Below are positions 39,314 to 52,121 of a DNA stretch of 64,000 nucleotides, piece by piece. This DNA comes from Octopus vulgaris (taxonomy: Eukaryota), in NCBI GenBank assembly GCA_951406725.2, contig OX597821.1:95852001-95916000 (forward strand). Reading direction: 5' to 3'. Position numbers and translations under genes: made by a program. Each line of letters opens with the position of its first letter. Position 1 is the stretch's first letter. The notes below the pieces were generated by a model that saw only the letters and a list, made by a program, of their open reading frames with translations, made no database searches and was not told where the DNA came from.

Positions 39314-39631
39314 AAAGTCATCGGATTGTGGCCATGCTGCAGCACTGCCAAAAAGAGTTTTGTTGATTGTATCAACCTCAGGACTTTCAGGCTTGTACCT
39401 TTTTTTTTTTTATCCTTTGTCAAACTGTTAAATTACAGGACATTAAAAAGACACAACAAAAACAATATTGATTTTCAGGTGAAAACACACACACACACAC
39501 ACACACATTTATAAGTTATGTAATGTGAAGATGGCATTTCAATGTAGATAAAAATGCTGGAAATTCAGAACATTCTTACAATTGTTATTTGTAACACATT
39601 GTTAATATTATGATATTAAATAGATATTAAC

Positions 39632-39703
39632 TTGCTTATAGGAATCAGAGTCTGTCCATATATCATTTTTCACTGAAAATTCTTCCAGAATATTCTTCAC
39701 CAT
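39632..39703 (-). CDS. DUF389 gene exon 2 (MVKNILEEFSVKNDIWTDSDSYKQ)
   Basis: Acceptor ttttctgtttcag|ATG; donor CAA|GTTAAT; 72 nt, phase 0-0; joins exon 3 in frame (YKQ|ITF). Confidence 0.75.
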
Positions 39704-40149
39704 CTGAAACAGAAAATCATTATATAGAAACTTTAATCATTTCAATAAAAAAACAAAATGTAATTTATGGTACAGAAATATCATTTATGGCATTATGGTT
39801 AAGAAGTTCATTTTGCAATCACATGGATCTGGATTCCATCCAAATAAAAGACAATTTGGTGCAATTGTAGATGTATCAAAGCCTTAGGAATGAAATTTGA
39901 TAAAAAAAATGTTCAGAAGCTTGATGATGATATGAACACACACACACACATATATATATATTTTATATCGATATGTACATGTGTGTGAATATATATATTT
40001 TATTATTATTAATACTCAGCAAAAGTTACAATGGGTGTCAAGAGCTGAGAGTTTCATGCATTGGCACCTAGCAAAAGTTTGATAAGTTCCAATGCATCAC
40101 CAAATACACATACACACATATATATGCATACATATATATCTATATACAC

Positions 40150-40318
40150 CATCTGTCTTCCCTTCTCTGGATCTTTCCTTCTCCTATGTTTCTGACGAAG
40201 AGCTCCGCTCGAAACGTTAAACCCTCCTTCTTTCCTGAGCGTCCAATAATACTATATTTGTTCCATGTCCTCGCGTTGTTGTGTTTTTTTGTGCTTTTTT
40301 GTTTGGATTAACTTTATA
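40150..40318 (+). mobile_element. (TA)n-embedded hammerhead-bearing element family 2
   Basis: Same sequence family as 17632-17830; contains the intact minimal hammerhead. Confidence 0.65.
40188..40222 (+). ncRNA. Minimal type I hammerhead ribozyme motif, family 2, copy A
   Basis: gttt-CTGACGA-a-GAGC-tcc-GCTC-GAAA-CG-TT^aaac; palindromic ACGT stem III typical of dimer-forming minimal hammerheads. Confidence 0.75.
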
Positions 40319-40349
40319 TATACACACACACACACATATACATACATAT

Positions 40350-40386
<37 letters not shown>

Positions 40387-40467
40387 GTATATTGTGTGTA
40401 AGCTATTTAAGAATTCCTAAGTCAGGAAAAAATGCACTTGTATGTCTGTCAGTAAAGTGGGTATATC

Positions 40468-40755
40468 AATTGAAGTGTAAAGCATTATATATCCATTATG
40501 GCTGAACTTACCAATCAGTTTCAAACTAGGGGTTCAATGGAGTGTTAAGTAATAGTCCGATAATGTAACTCTGTACTCTTCAGAGATGACAATTATGGAA
40601 TAAAATATGGTGTCATATTTCATTCCATAACTGCCATCTCTGAAAAGTGCAAGGTTACATAACTGGACTGTTACCTAACACTCCTCTGAACCCCAAGTGT
40701 GAAACTGATAAGTAAGATTGGCTGTAATGGATATATAATACTGTACATTTCAATT
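40468..40755. repeat. ~290-bp imperfect palindrome (foldback MITE-like)
   Basis: ~140-bp ungapped arms around atatg-gtgt-catat. Confidence 0.85.
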
Positions 40756-41721
40756 AATATATATATACAGTAATACCTCACTTTATGAAGACCCACTTTA
40801 CGAGACCTCAAGTTTAAAAGCTTAATTTTTCAGCTTACTTCTGTATGATGAGCTGAAATTTTTCAAGCATGAGATCCAAATTTTGAATGAAGTGCAAAGG
40901 TTTCTACTACCATAACAAATGCTTTTGCATGTTACCAAGAAATTTGTAGAGAGCAAAAAGAAGCTTCTTCTAAGAAAACAACTCTGGACTTGTTTTTTGA
41001 AAAGAAATCATAGGCATAGGAGTGGCTGTGTGGTAAGTAGCTTGCTTACGAACCACATGGTTCTGGGTTCAGTCCCACTGCATGGCACCTTGGGCAAGTG
41101 TCTTCTACTATAGCCTTGGGCCGACCAAAACCTTGTGAGTGGATTTTGTAGACGGAAACTGAAAGAAGCCCATCATATATATATGTATATATATATATGT
41201 GTGTTTGTCCCCCCCAACATCGCTTGACAACCCATAGTGGTGTGTTTAGGTCTCTGTAACTTAGTGGTGCAGCAAAAGAGACCGATAGAATAAGTACTAG
41301 GCTTACAAAGAATAAGTCCTGGGGTTGACTTGCTCGACTAAAGGCAGTGCTCCATCATGGCCACAGCCAATTGACTGAAACAAATAAAAGAGTAAAAAAG
41401 TAGGTCCATCTAGGAGTGCTTGTGAATCAGTGATTGCATCTACAAGTGATTGTGTAAGCAAGTCTAGTGCAAGTAAAAGTGATTTAGAAAATGATTATGA
41501 TAATATTTTTTATTATAAATAATCTTGTCCTTCTTTTTACTTTATATAGAATATTCTTTACATCCTACTACTGTTTTATTGCCATTTATTTATGAGTTTT
41601 AAAAATTTTATAAGTAAAATATTTTCCCAGGAACGAATTACAATTTATAACATTGCTACTATGGGAAATTATTGCTTTGCTTTATGAGTTTTCACTTTAC
41701 AAGTACATACATACACACACA

Positions 41722-41765
<44 letters not shown>

Positions 41766-41777
41766 TACATACATACA

Positions 41778-41810
<33 letters not shown>

Positions 41811-43659
41811 GGGGCAAAATTAGTAATCTCTGATTTCTTGCAATTTTCTCCCTACCTGTCTGAAATCATTACATTGCAATTATGGCATCATCGTTTTGTA
41901 CCATTGTACTATGCTTAGAAGTAAAAATTGGTCAGCATAGTTTTCGTTGAAGTTGAGAGACTCCAAAACAAAGTCAGGTGATAGTTGCCTTTTTTTTTCA
42001 AGAAATTTTTCCTCAACTTTAATGCGATAGTAATTGATGTTGCTGATAAAATATCTGAATAAATTTTGGTGTTTAACAATCAATATTCTTTTCTCTGTTG
42101 GATTCTAAGTCAATTTTTTCCCTCACTAATGTCTAATTGGATAATTTTCAAGTTTCAGAAAAGGATGTCTAAAATGGGGTAAAATGGGAAGTGACTAATT
42201 TCAATAATTCCCATGAAGAGGACACACAAGCAGATTAAGAAGAAGTTAAAGAGATCATTTTATGCTGGGGCTGTTTTATTTAGTTCAATTTTGTTAATTT
42301 CATATCATGCCATTTTCTCCCTATCCTCTTCCAGACATTTAAATGTTTTTGCATTTCTGATCCTTCAAATGTCTAGGGATGGATACTGACATGTATGAGT
42401 CTGTTTTCTGGAGAACTAAAGTGGTAAATTTATCTTATTTTGGCTTACTCATTTTGTCCCTGCTAAATTTGTTTTGTTTTATGCTCATAGAGAACAGCAA
42501 TAATTTTCTGAAATAGTAACCAGGTTATGTTATAATGCTTTAATGCATTTAGGAAAGGCCATTATATTATTTTTTAGGCGGTGAATGTTTGAAAAAATAT
42601 ATTTTGTCTCAAATTCAAAATTGCAATAAAAACTCATTCTTCCCCACCACTATATACATATATATATATATATATATATCATCATCATCATCATTTAGCA
42701 TCCGCTTTCCATGCTAGCATGGGTTGGACGTTTCAACTGGGTTCTGGGAAGCCAGAAGGCTGCACCAGGCCCAGTCTGATCTGGCAATGTTTCTACGGCT
42801 GGATGCCCTTCCTAATGCCAACCACTCCGGGAGTGTAGTGGGTGCTTTTTACGTGCCACCGGCACGAGGGCCAGGCGAGGCTGGCAATGGCCACGATCGG
42901 ATGGTACTTTTTATGTGCCACCGGCACGGAGGCCAGTCGGGGCGGCGCAGGCAACAGCCATGGTCGGGTGGTGCGGGGGCCAGGCGAGGCTGGCAACGGC
43001 CCATATATATATATATATTCTTTTACTCTTTTACTCTTTTACATGTTTCAGTCATTTGACTGCGGCCATGCTGGAGCACCGCCTTTAGTCGAGCACATCG
43101 ACCCCAGGACTTATTCTTTGTAAGCCCAGTACTTATTCTATCAGTCTCTTTTGCTGAACCGCTAAGTGACGGGGACGTAAACACACTAGCATTGGTTGTC
43201 AAGCAATGCTAGGGGTACAAACACAGACACACAAACACATACGTATACATATATACGACAGGCTTCTTTCAGTTTCCGTCTACCAAATCCACTCACAAGC
43301 CATTGGTCGGCCCGGGGCTATAGCAGAAGACACTTGCCCAAGATGCCATGCAGTGGGACTGAACCCGGAACCATGTGGTTAGTTAGCAAGCTACTTACCA
43401 CACAGCCACTCCTGAAGTAAAATAAGGACATGGACAATTGCAGGATTCATGGATAGGACATGGAACAATATAATGACCAATGACCTGGAAGTTGGTTCAT
43501 CATGAGATTAATTTGATGAATTAAATCTAAATCACCATGATATCTTAAACATTTTTATCATGCAATGCAAGATATGGCCACACTACAATAAGCTGTGACA
43601 CATGACAATGCAAGCTACAATACACAGACTATTTGTCAATATATTTGTAAATCTGTTTA

Positions 43660-44216
43660 TCTACTTCATTTTACTCAGATGCATATTCGTTAGTTAAAAT
43701 AATACAGGGACATTTCTTACTCATCCACTAATTGAATTAATAGTTTGTAATACATATTCTTAGTAATAAACTATTACCCTAAACAATGGGTTGAGCATAA
43801 AGGCAGGAACTGATCAGGAAACAAGATAGGACAAGGAACTGTAAAGGTAAACGAGAACTGGGAAAAACCCCTGCTTTCCAGGTATTACTGGTCAACTCAT
43901 TTACTTTACTCAAATGCATATTCATTTGTTAAAATAATATAGGAACAATCCTTATTCCCCCACTAATCGTATTAATAGTTGTTAATACCTATTTTTAGCA
44001 ATAAACTATAACAATAAAGGTTAATAAAATATTTAATGGCTTAATTACACCTGATTCTAAAATTTATATATTGATATAGGATTGCAGATAGGAATGGGAG
44101 CGGAACTAAAATGGGAACTGAACAGGGAATGGGATAGGACATGAAACAATGTTATGGGAATGGGAACTGGAAATAACCAACGCTTTTCTGGGTATTACCA
44201 GGTAAGTCAGGTAGTG
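43660..44216 (+). repeat. Dimeric repeat with a Helitron-like 3' end
   Basis: Two ~110-bp direct copies (about 43668 and 43898); ends gggtattaccaggtaagtcaggtagt. Confidence 0.45.
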
Positions 44217-44323
44217 TATATATACATATATATGAGCGTCCAATAATACTATATTTGTTCCACGTCCTCGCGTTGTTGTGTTTTTTTGTGCTTTCTTGTT
44301 TGGATTAACTTATTATACATATA

Positions 44324-45085
44324 TCATCATCATCATCATCATTTAACGTCCGCTTTCCATGCTAGCATGGGTTGGACGGTTCAACTGGGGTCTGGGGAGC
44401 CCGAAAGCTGCACCAGTCCAGTCAGATCTGGCAGTGTTTCTACAGCTGGATGCCCTTCCTAACGCCAACCACTCCGAGAGTGTAGTGGGTGATTTTATGT
44501 GCCACCGACACAGGTGCCAGACGAGGCTGGCAAACGGCCACGCTCGGATGGTCTTTTTTATGTGCCACCGACACAGGTGCCAGACGAGGCTGGCAGACGG
44601 CCACGCTCGGATGGTGTTTTTATGTGCCACCGACACAGGTGCCAGATGAGGCTGGCAAAACGGCCACGATCGGATGGTGCTTGTTACGTGCCCACAGCAC
44701 GGAGGCCAGTCGATGCGGTACTGGCTACGGCCACGTTCGGATGGTTTTCTTGTGTGCCACGTGCCACCGGCACTGGTACCACAAGGATACAAATTCCATT
44801 GATGTTCATCTATTTTGATTTGTTTTGATTTTGATTTTCACTTGCCTCAACAGGTCTTCACAAGTGTCACAAGAAGGAAGGTATGCACAGGTGGACTGAC
44901 TACGTCCCAGGTAGGGGCCATGGGTTATGGCCTGACTAGTCTTGCCGGGTCTTCGGATGGTGTTTTTATGTGCCACCGACACGGGTGCTAGATGAGGCTG
45001 GCGAACGGCCATGATCGGATGGTGTTTGTCATGTGCCCACCGCACTGACTACAGCACTGATGGATTTCTTGTGTGCCACAGGCAC
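44324..45085 (-). mobile_element. RTE LINE 3'UTR fragment. Shorter copies at about 3414-3670, 17924-18058, 23520-23748, 34301-34590, 36051-36296, 42679-43000, 46695-46870, 55720-55950, 60175-60596, 62286-62485
   Basis: (CAT)n start, ggatgcccttcctaacgccaaccac motif, tandem units, ORF-end sequence at about 44941-44954. Confidence 0.82.
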
Positions 45086-45759
45086 TATATATATATATAT
45101 ATATATATATATCTTAGTGCAGACATGGCTGTAAGGCTAAGAATAGCACAGGTGTGGCTGTGTGATTAAGAATGGGTACAGGTGTAGTTGCATGATTAAG
45201 AATAGATGCAGGTGTATCTGTGCAGTTAAGATGCTTGTTTCCCAGGCATGTGGTTTTGGGTGCAGTCCCACTGCATAGCATGTTGGGCAAGTGTCTTCTA
45301 CCGTAGTCTTGGTTGACAAAAGCCTTGTGGGTGGATTTGATAGATGGAAACTGAAAGAAGTTTGTCATATACATGTGTGTGTGTGTATGTGTGTGTGCAT
45401 GTGTGTTTGTGACTCAAGGGCCAAGTGTTTTGCACAAGAAACTCATTAATGAAACTCTCATCCCATTAAGTTAATTTGTAAATGCTACCAATTATATGCT
45501 TAGTGGCATTTCCTTCGGCCTTTTATATTCCGAGTTCAGTATATTCAGTAAAAACAAAAATAATAAATACTAATTTTAATAGACTTTCAAGAATAAACGA
45601 GTTCTTTTAACACTGTAAAATTGTAACATTCAGACATATCTTGACAACTGAAGTTTAGGACTTTAGTAATTATCAATAAATATGATAAGATATGAAAATT
45701 ATACATCATTGTAAAAGCTTAGTGAGTCTTCTTTTTGTTTCAGACTAAATAAATGCAGA

Positions 45760-46649
45760 TTTATAAATTAGATAATGGCTATAGCCTGAAATACAATCAT
45801 AACCCTCCACAAAGGAGGCAAAAGTAATACAGCTATAGCAAAAAAGCTTATAATTAACTGAACAACAGTCTGGAAAATTGTCAAGAAATTTCAAGAGACT
45901 GGTTCTATCGCTGATCAACTTGGACATGGCTGAAAAAGAAGTGTGTGGACCCCTCAGATTATCAAAATACCAGAGAAAAGATACAGCAAAACCTCATTGT
46001 TCCATCAGAAAACTGGCTGCTACAGCAAAAATATACTGAACATCAATGTATAGAGTGCTGAAGGAGGGTTTCAGGACCCACCAATACAAGATGATCCACT
46101 GTCATGATCTCACACAAGTTTATAAGGCCATGAGACTGGAAAGAAGTTGTATTATCCTGCGTCAGATTGCTCAAGGCACACTGCCCAACTTGGTGTTTAC
46201 TGATGAAAAGAAATTTGACATCAGACAGACAGTAAACCATCTCAGCTTCAAACAGACATAACACTGGATTCAGAAAAATATTCTGTCATTGATAGGCAAG
46301 GATGTATGGCCATCAAGAAGCCACAATCTCAACCTGTTGGGTTTTTCTGTTTGGTCCATTTTGGAGATGAGGGTCTTGCTCACTCCTCATGCTTCGCTTG
46401 ATGCTCTGAAGGTAAAACTGTGCAAGGAAGGAGCTTCGATTCCACAAGAACAGCTGTATGCTTCATGTAAAGCATTTGCATCTAGGCTGTGATTCGAAAC
46501 AGGGGTGGTCATATCAAATACATGTGGTAGTGTCATAATTGTGTTTCCTTTACCATTGCACTGCACTGCTCAGATCCAAAATATAACAATATTTTGCTTT
46601 GGCAAAATTGTAAAAAGTTAGTTACCTTAATTTTGGGACATCCTGAGTA
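45760..46649 (+). mobile_element. Internally deleted Tc1/mariner transposon remnant
   Basis: HTH-like TVWKIVKKFQETGS, LVFTDEKKF, WPSRSHNLNLLGFSVW, RGGHI; right end ttttgggacatcctg. Confidence 0.82.
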
Positions 46650-48532
46650 CATATATATGTGTGTGTATGTGTGGGGGTGGGGGGGTGTATTGTCACCATC
46701 ATCACCATCATTTAACATTTATCTTCCATGTTGGCATGGATTCTATGGCTTGACAGGAGCTGGCAAGCCAGAGAGCTGCATCAGACTTTATTGTCTGCTT
46801 TGGCATGGCTTCTACAGCTGGATGCCAATCTCTTTACAGAATGTATTAGGTGCTTTCTATGTGGCACCAACATCAGTGATGTTGCCAAGCAACTTGTGAT
46901 ACAAAAACCTGAAGAAGAGGCTCTTTCTTATCAACAAAGGTAGTAGCTCCCCGACCTTTGCCCAGCCTGTTCTTATTCTTGCAACTATGCTTTCAGAGTA
47001 TCCTCCTCCTTGCTAACTTAGTTGCCTAGGTACTGGAAGCTGTCAACTACTCTTTGAACATTTGAGGGAGTCTATTTCCTGTACATTCTTAGCTTTTATC
47101 ATACCTGCTTACCTGCCACACACAAAGGTGTGTTCCGTTATACACACACACACAGCTATGAGAATTTGAACAATATAAATTGTCCACATGATATTTGTTT
47201 TTAAATTTCATTCAAGAACATTCCAGAGAAATACAATTTTCAACCAACAATATAAACCCATCGCTCTTTGATCTGTAACTAACTTGATAAGTGTACCAAT
47301 ACACAAAACTCATGGCCTTTGAATCACTGTTGCTTCTGCCGAAGATTAACAAATATATATATATATGAGGCCTTTTACTATGATCACTTTTGGGCAAAAC
47401 TTTTTAGATAACAAGCTGATATTACCACACAAATATGACAATAGCTGGAGCATGTTCGGGGAACCACTAATTTTGATAACAATGATGTTTGATAACATTA
47501 CCTGTTAATAATATTTGTTTACATTGCATATTTTTATATCACATCTAAACTGTAAACTAATCATTTACATATGACAGAAGTGAAATTATCTAGAGATTCT
47601 TGAGCGAAAACTAACATACTTATAATTCTTAAACTAACTTTAAAATGAAGAGAAGAGACAATACTTTTTCCCTTAGCTCTCACTTGTATATCATGTTTTT
47701 TTGCTGTTAGTTGTTTTAACTTTGTAGTGGAAATGGTATACCTCTCCCAGCCACTGTAAAGTGAGATGGTGTCAACCAGTAAGAGGAATCATGTGTCAGT
47801 CATTGTAAAGTCATTGTATGAGTTCTCAGTTGGAGTTAAGTGTCAGTTATGCGTTATAGTTGAGTTTTAGTCACAGTCAAGGTAGATGGCTCAAAGTTGG
47901 TGTCTTTCAGAGCTATCAGCAATAGCATGATAGACGAAGCGGTGTATTACCATTCCGGTATAGAAGAGATACACTGTATTCGATAACAAGAAAATATCGT
48001 GGCTTCTAGAGTAGATACAACAGCTAGTCAAAACAGTGGCCACACATTATAGATGTGGAAAACACCACATCATAGCAAACCTGTATTGCATTTTAACAAA
48101 AGTAGACCACAGCTAGTCACAAGGGGTCTTAGTGTGTTCTATTGACCCACTAACAATAGCAACTGAATCTCCCTCAGATCTCTCTCTCTCGCTTACATGT
48201 GTGTGTGTGTACATACATGCCCACATAACTCCCTACATAATAGATATTATACACACTACATCCGTTCTGCATGCTAGACAAGCATCTTATCTACCAGACC
48301 ATATAAGCCAGTGAGGGAGCTAGCTTCTAAGTGATCACCTGACCCTCTATAAATAGTAAAATCTCAGTGAAATCATGTTCCACCATCTTTAAAAAAAAGG
48401 AAGGGATCATTGGATAATGTAGCTCTGAATATGCCATAAAAAAATAAAAAAGAAAGAAGAGAAAAATATGAGAGAGTAAAAAAAGGAACTGTGATAGTCG
48501 GAAAATCTTTCATCATATAAGTCTGCCTAGAT

Positions 48533-49120
48533 CTGTGGTTCTCAACCATTTTTTACTTCTAGATCCCTTTCATTAGTATTTTATGCTGGTGGCCCCTGGC
48601 TGTTGCCATTCGATGCTTAAAAACTAGTTTTATAGATACTCCTTTCTTTCGTTTTTCACCCATTCACTTGTGAAGGTTTGGAATAGAACTCTCTGAGAGA
48701 ACATGTTTAACCCTTTAGTGTTCAGATTATTCTGTCAAATGTGATGTTTGGTTATTTAAAATGGTTTGAATTAATCCTGCATTATCTTGTAGTTTAGAGA
48801 TTTCAGTGATGTGATTTTTTAGTTTTAGAACGACATGGTAGGGCTGAGGTGAGAGGCGAGATCTGGTTAGTTTCAATATAAAACAGGTTAAATATTTTGG
48901 CCGGATATGGCTGGTTTGAATGCTAAAGGGTTAAGTGGCCAGAGACATGTTGAAGTATGTTAAGTGTTAGAGAAAGAAACCTAGTTGTTTCTTGCAATTA
49001 ATACATCTAAAGTGAAATTTTTTCCATGAACCCTTGAAATACTGCTGTGGATCCCCAAATTGCTAGTTTACTTGTTTGGACCCCACAAAATCTTATATGG
49101 ACTCTGGTTGAGAACCACAC
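48533..49120. mobile_element. hAT-Charlie-like MITE with a nested piggyBac-like MITE (48711-48930)
   Basis: TIR gtggttctcaacc / ggttgagaaccac; degenerate 8-bp TSD gcctagat/tcctaaat; inner element has TTAA TSDs. Confidence 0.78.
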
Positions 49121-50542
49121 TCCTAAATGGTCAGGACTGATCTAGTGAAAAAACTAGTAATCGTAGTCTCATTGAATTGCATGGATTCTACATAATCTCA
49201 TATTTCAATGTAGCACAAAGCACAAATCACATGATATTTTTTGTAGTAAAAGCTCTGTTTTTAACAAATGTCTTTTCTTACTTCCACAGTGAGAAATAAA
49301 TGTAATGCTTATTTTAAGTGCTTTCTTGTACATTAAAACAAAGCCGAATCAGCTCTATTATGTTTGCTGAAGAAGTGACAATCTAAATTTGACCAGGGAG
49401 TAGATTTTTAAATTTAGCTATTTTTACATACTAAAGGTTAGCTGAGTGGACCCTTGAGATGGTGAGAAGAGCAAGTAAATCACTCTGAAATCACACTCTA
49501 AAATCTAAAACATTAAAAAAAGGCACACAAAATAATGTAGTCCTATATACGATGTACAAAAAAAGGAGGAGCTCATGTCTGGAATGTCTTCCATCAGGCT
49601 GAATGTGGAGCATAAGCAATAACAACTAAAAACTAGTTAATATGTATGTAAATGTATACTCTTACTCTTTTACTTGTTTCAGTCATTTGACTGCGGCCAT
49701 GCTGGAGCACCGCCTTTAGTCGAGCAAATCGACTCCGGGACTTATTCTTTGTAAGCCCAGTACTTATTCTATCGGTCTCTTTTGCCGAACTGCTAAGTGA
49801 CGGGGACGTAAACACACCAGCATTGGTTGTCAAGCAATGCTAGGGGGACAAACACAGAGACACAAACATATATATATATACATATATACGACAGGCTTCT
49901 TTCAGTTTCCGTCTACCAAATCCACTCACAAGGCATTGGTCAGCCCGGGGCTATAGCAGAAGACACTTGCCCAAGATGCCGCGCAGTGGGACTGAACCCA
50001 GAACCATGTGGTTGGTTAGCAAGCTACTTACCACACAGCCACTCCTGTATTATTGTTTGAGATAAATGGCAAAGTTTTTTGGTTTTGACTCAAGACAATT
50101 CCAAGGATTTGTGAATATATGTGAGTGTATGCTGTGTCGAGGCACATGACATAGTAGTTAGGGTGTTGAACTTAGGATCATGAGATCGTAGGTTTGATTC
50201 CTGGACTGGCCAGTGTATTGTATTCTTGAACAAAACACTTCATCACTCATTGCTCTGCGATCACTTCAACGTTTGTTGTATGACGACTCACTCTGCACCT
50301 GTGCAGATAATGTTGATTTGATGGAGGAAGTGAGCTAGTGTGCAGTATGAACATTTGATCATTATAAACAAATCATCATAGGCATAGGAGTGGCTGTGTG
50401 GTAGGTAGCTTGCTTACCAGCCACATGATTCCGGGTTCAGTCACACTGCGTGGCACTTTGGGCAAGTGTCTTCTACTATAGCCTAGGGCCGACCAAAGCC
50501 TTGTGAGTGGATTTGGTAGATGGAAACTGAAAGAAGCTCATC

Positions 50543-50591
<49 letters not shown>

Positions 50592-50802
50592 TGTGTGTCT
50601 ATGTTTGTCCCCCCAGCATCACTTGACAACCGATGCTGGTGTGTTTACGTCCCCGTAAATTAGCGGTTCGGTAAAAGGGCCTGATAGAATAAGTACTAGA
50701 CTTACAAAGAATAAGACCTGGGGTCGATTTGCTCGACTAAAGGCGGTGATCCAGCATGGCCACAGTCAAATGACTGAAACAAGTAAATGAATAAAGAAAC
50801 AT

Positions 50803-51203
50803 ATCTATATATATATAAAATCCTGTGTGTGTTTCCTCTATGCACAGCCAAACTGCTGGATCAATCTGTACCAAATTTGGCACGAAGGTCTTTCATTATT
50901 CAGGGAAGGTTCTAGGGGGGGTGGGTTTCAAATTTTAGCCCTTGCCCATATAGGGTCACCAAATTTGGCATGAATGTTTTTCATTACTCGGGGAGGGTTG
51001 TAGGGAGGGAGTCAAATTTCGGCCCTTGCACATATAGGGAACTGTAGCCACTCCCCATATGTCCCTTCCGATTTTCATTTTGAGTAGTATAATAGTTTCA
51101 CTTTCCATAAAGCTATAGTTTCACTTTTATTTGTGTGTGTGTGTGTGTGTGTATCTCCTCTATGCACGACCAAACTGCTGGATCAATCTGTCTCAAATTT
51201 GGC
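50803..51203 (+). mobile_element. Helitron-like non-autonomous 5' fragment
   Basis: Starts TCTATATATATATAAAA; internal duplicated ccaaactgctggatcaatctg..ccaaatttggca blocks. Confidence 0.5.
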
Positions 51204-52083
51204 AGTGTGCATACTCAACAAAGTGTAAGTACCTTGACAGTAAAGTTGGACCTAAGAAGCATCAGATGTGATGTGCAAGAGAGATGACTGTGCTGGCATG
51301 GTCATGTGGTGAGAATGGATGAAGATAGCTGTATGAAAAAGTTCCACACTCTAGCAGCTGAGGGAACCTGTGGAAGAGGTAGACCCAGAAAGACTTGGGA
51401 TGAGGTGGTGAAGCATGACCTTCAAACATTAGGCCTCACTGAGGCAATGACTAGTGACCGAGACTTTTGGAAATATACTGTGCTTGAGAAGACCCGGCAA
51501 GCCAAGTGAGACCATAACCTTGTGGCCTATGCCAGGGGTGTAACCAGCCTGCTTATGCGTAACTTTCCTTCATTGGACACTAAACTCTGCTTGTGAAGAC
51601 CTGTTGAGGCAAGTGAAATTGAAATTGAAATCAAATTCGATGACTGGCATCCATGCTAGTGGAGTGCTAAGAGCACCATCCGAGCGTGATCATTGCCAGA
51701 GCAGCTGACTGGCTTCCGTGCCAGTAGCATGTAAAAAGCACCATTCGAGTGTGATCATAACCTGCGTTGCCTTACTGGCACGTGAAAAAAACATTCGAGC
51801 GTGGTCGTTGCCAGTGACGCAGGACTGGCTCCTGTGCAGGTGGCACATAAAAACCACCATTTGAGTGTGGCCATTGCCAGTATCGCCTGACTGGCCCTCG
51901 TGCAGGTGGCATGCAAAAGCACCCACTACACTCTCGGAGTGGTTGGATTTAGGAAGGGCATCCAGCTGTAGAAACTTTGCCAGATCAGATTGGGGTCTGG
52001 TGCAGCCATTTGGTTCGCCAGTTCCCAGTCAAATCGTCCAACCCATGCTAGCATGGAAAGAGGACGTTAAACGATGATGATGA

Positions 52084-52088
<5 letters not shown>
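51204..52088 (+). mobile_element. RTE LINE 3' fragment, same family as 29930
   Basis: ORF 51306..51509 GRGRPRKTW; UTR with about 4 tandem units; (GAT)n tail. Confidence 0.85.

Positions 52089-52121
<33 letters not shown>

Larger units (their letters stand above)
37952..41705. repeat. 117-bp inverted repeat pair (37952-38068 and 41589-41705), Tigger/pogo-like MITE ends, flanking exon 2
   Basis: About 4 mismatches in 117 bp by manual alignment. Confidence 0.85.

Noticed and set aside
41811-42460. Possible DNA transposon with TIR-like ggggcaaaattagtaa / ttactcattttgtccc
   Set aside because: Short imperfect match, no TSD or transposase motif confirmed
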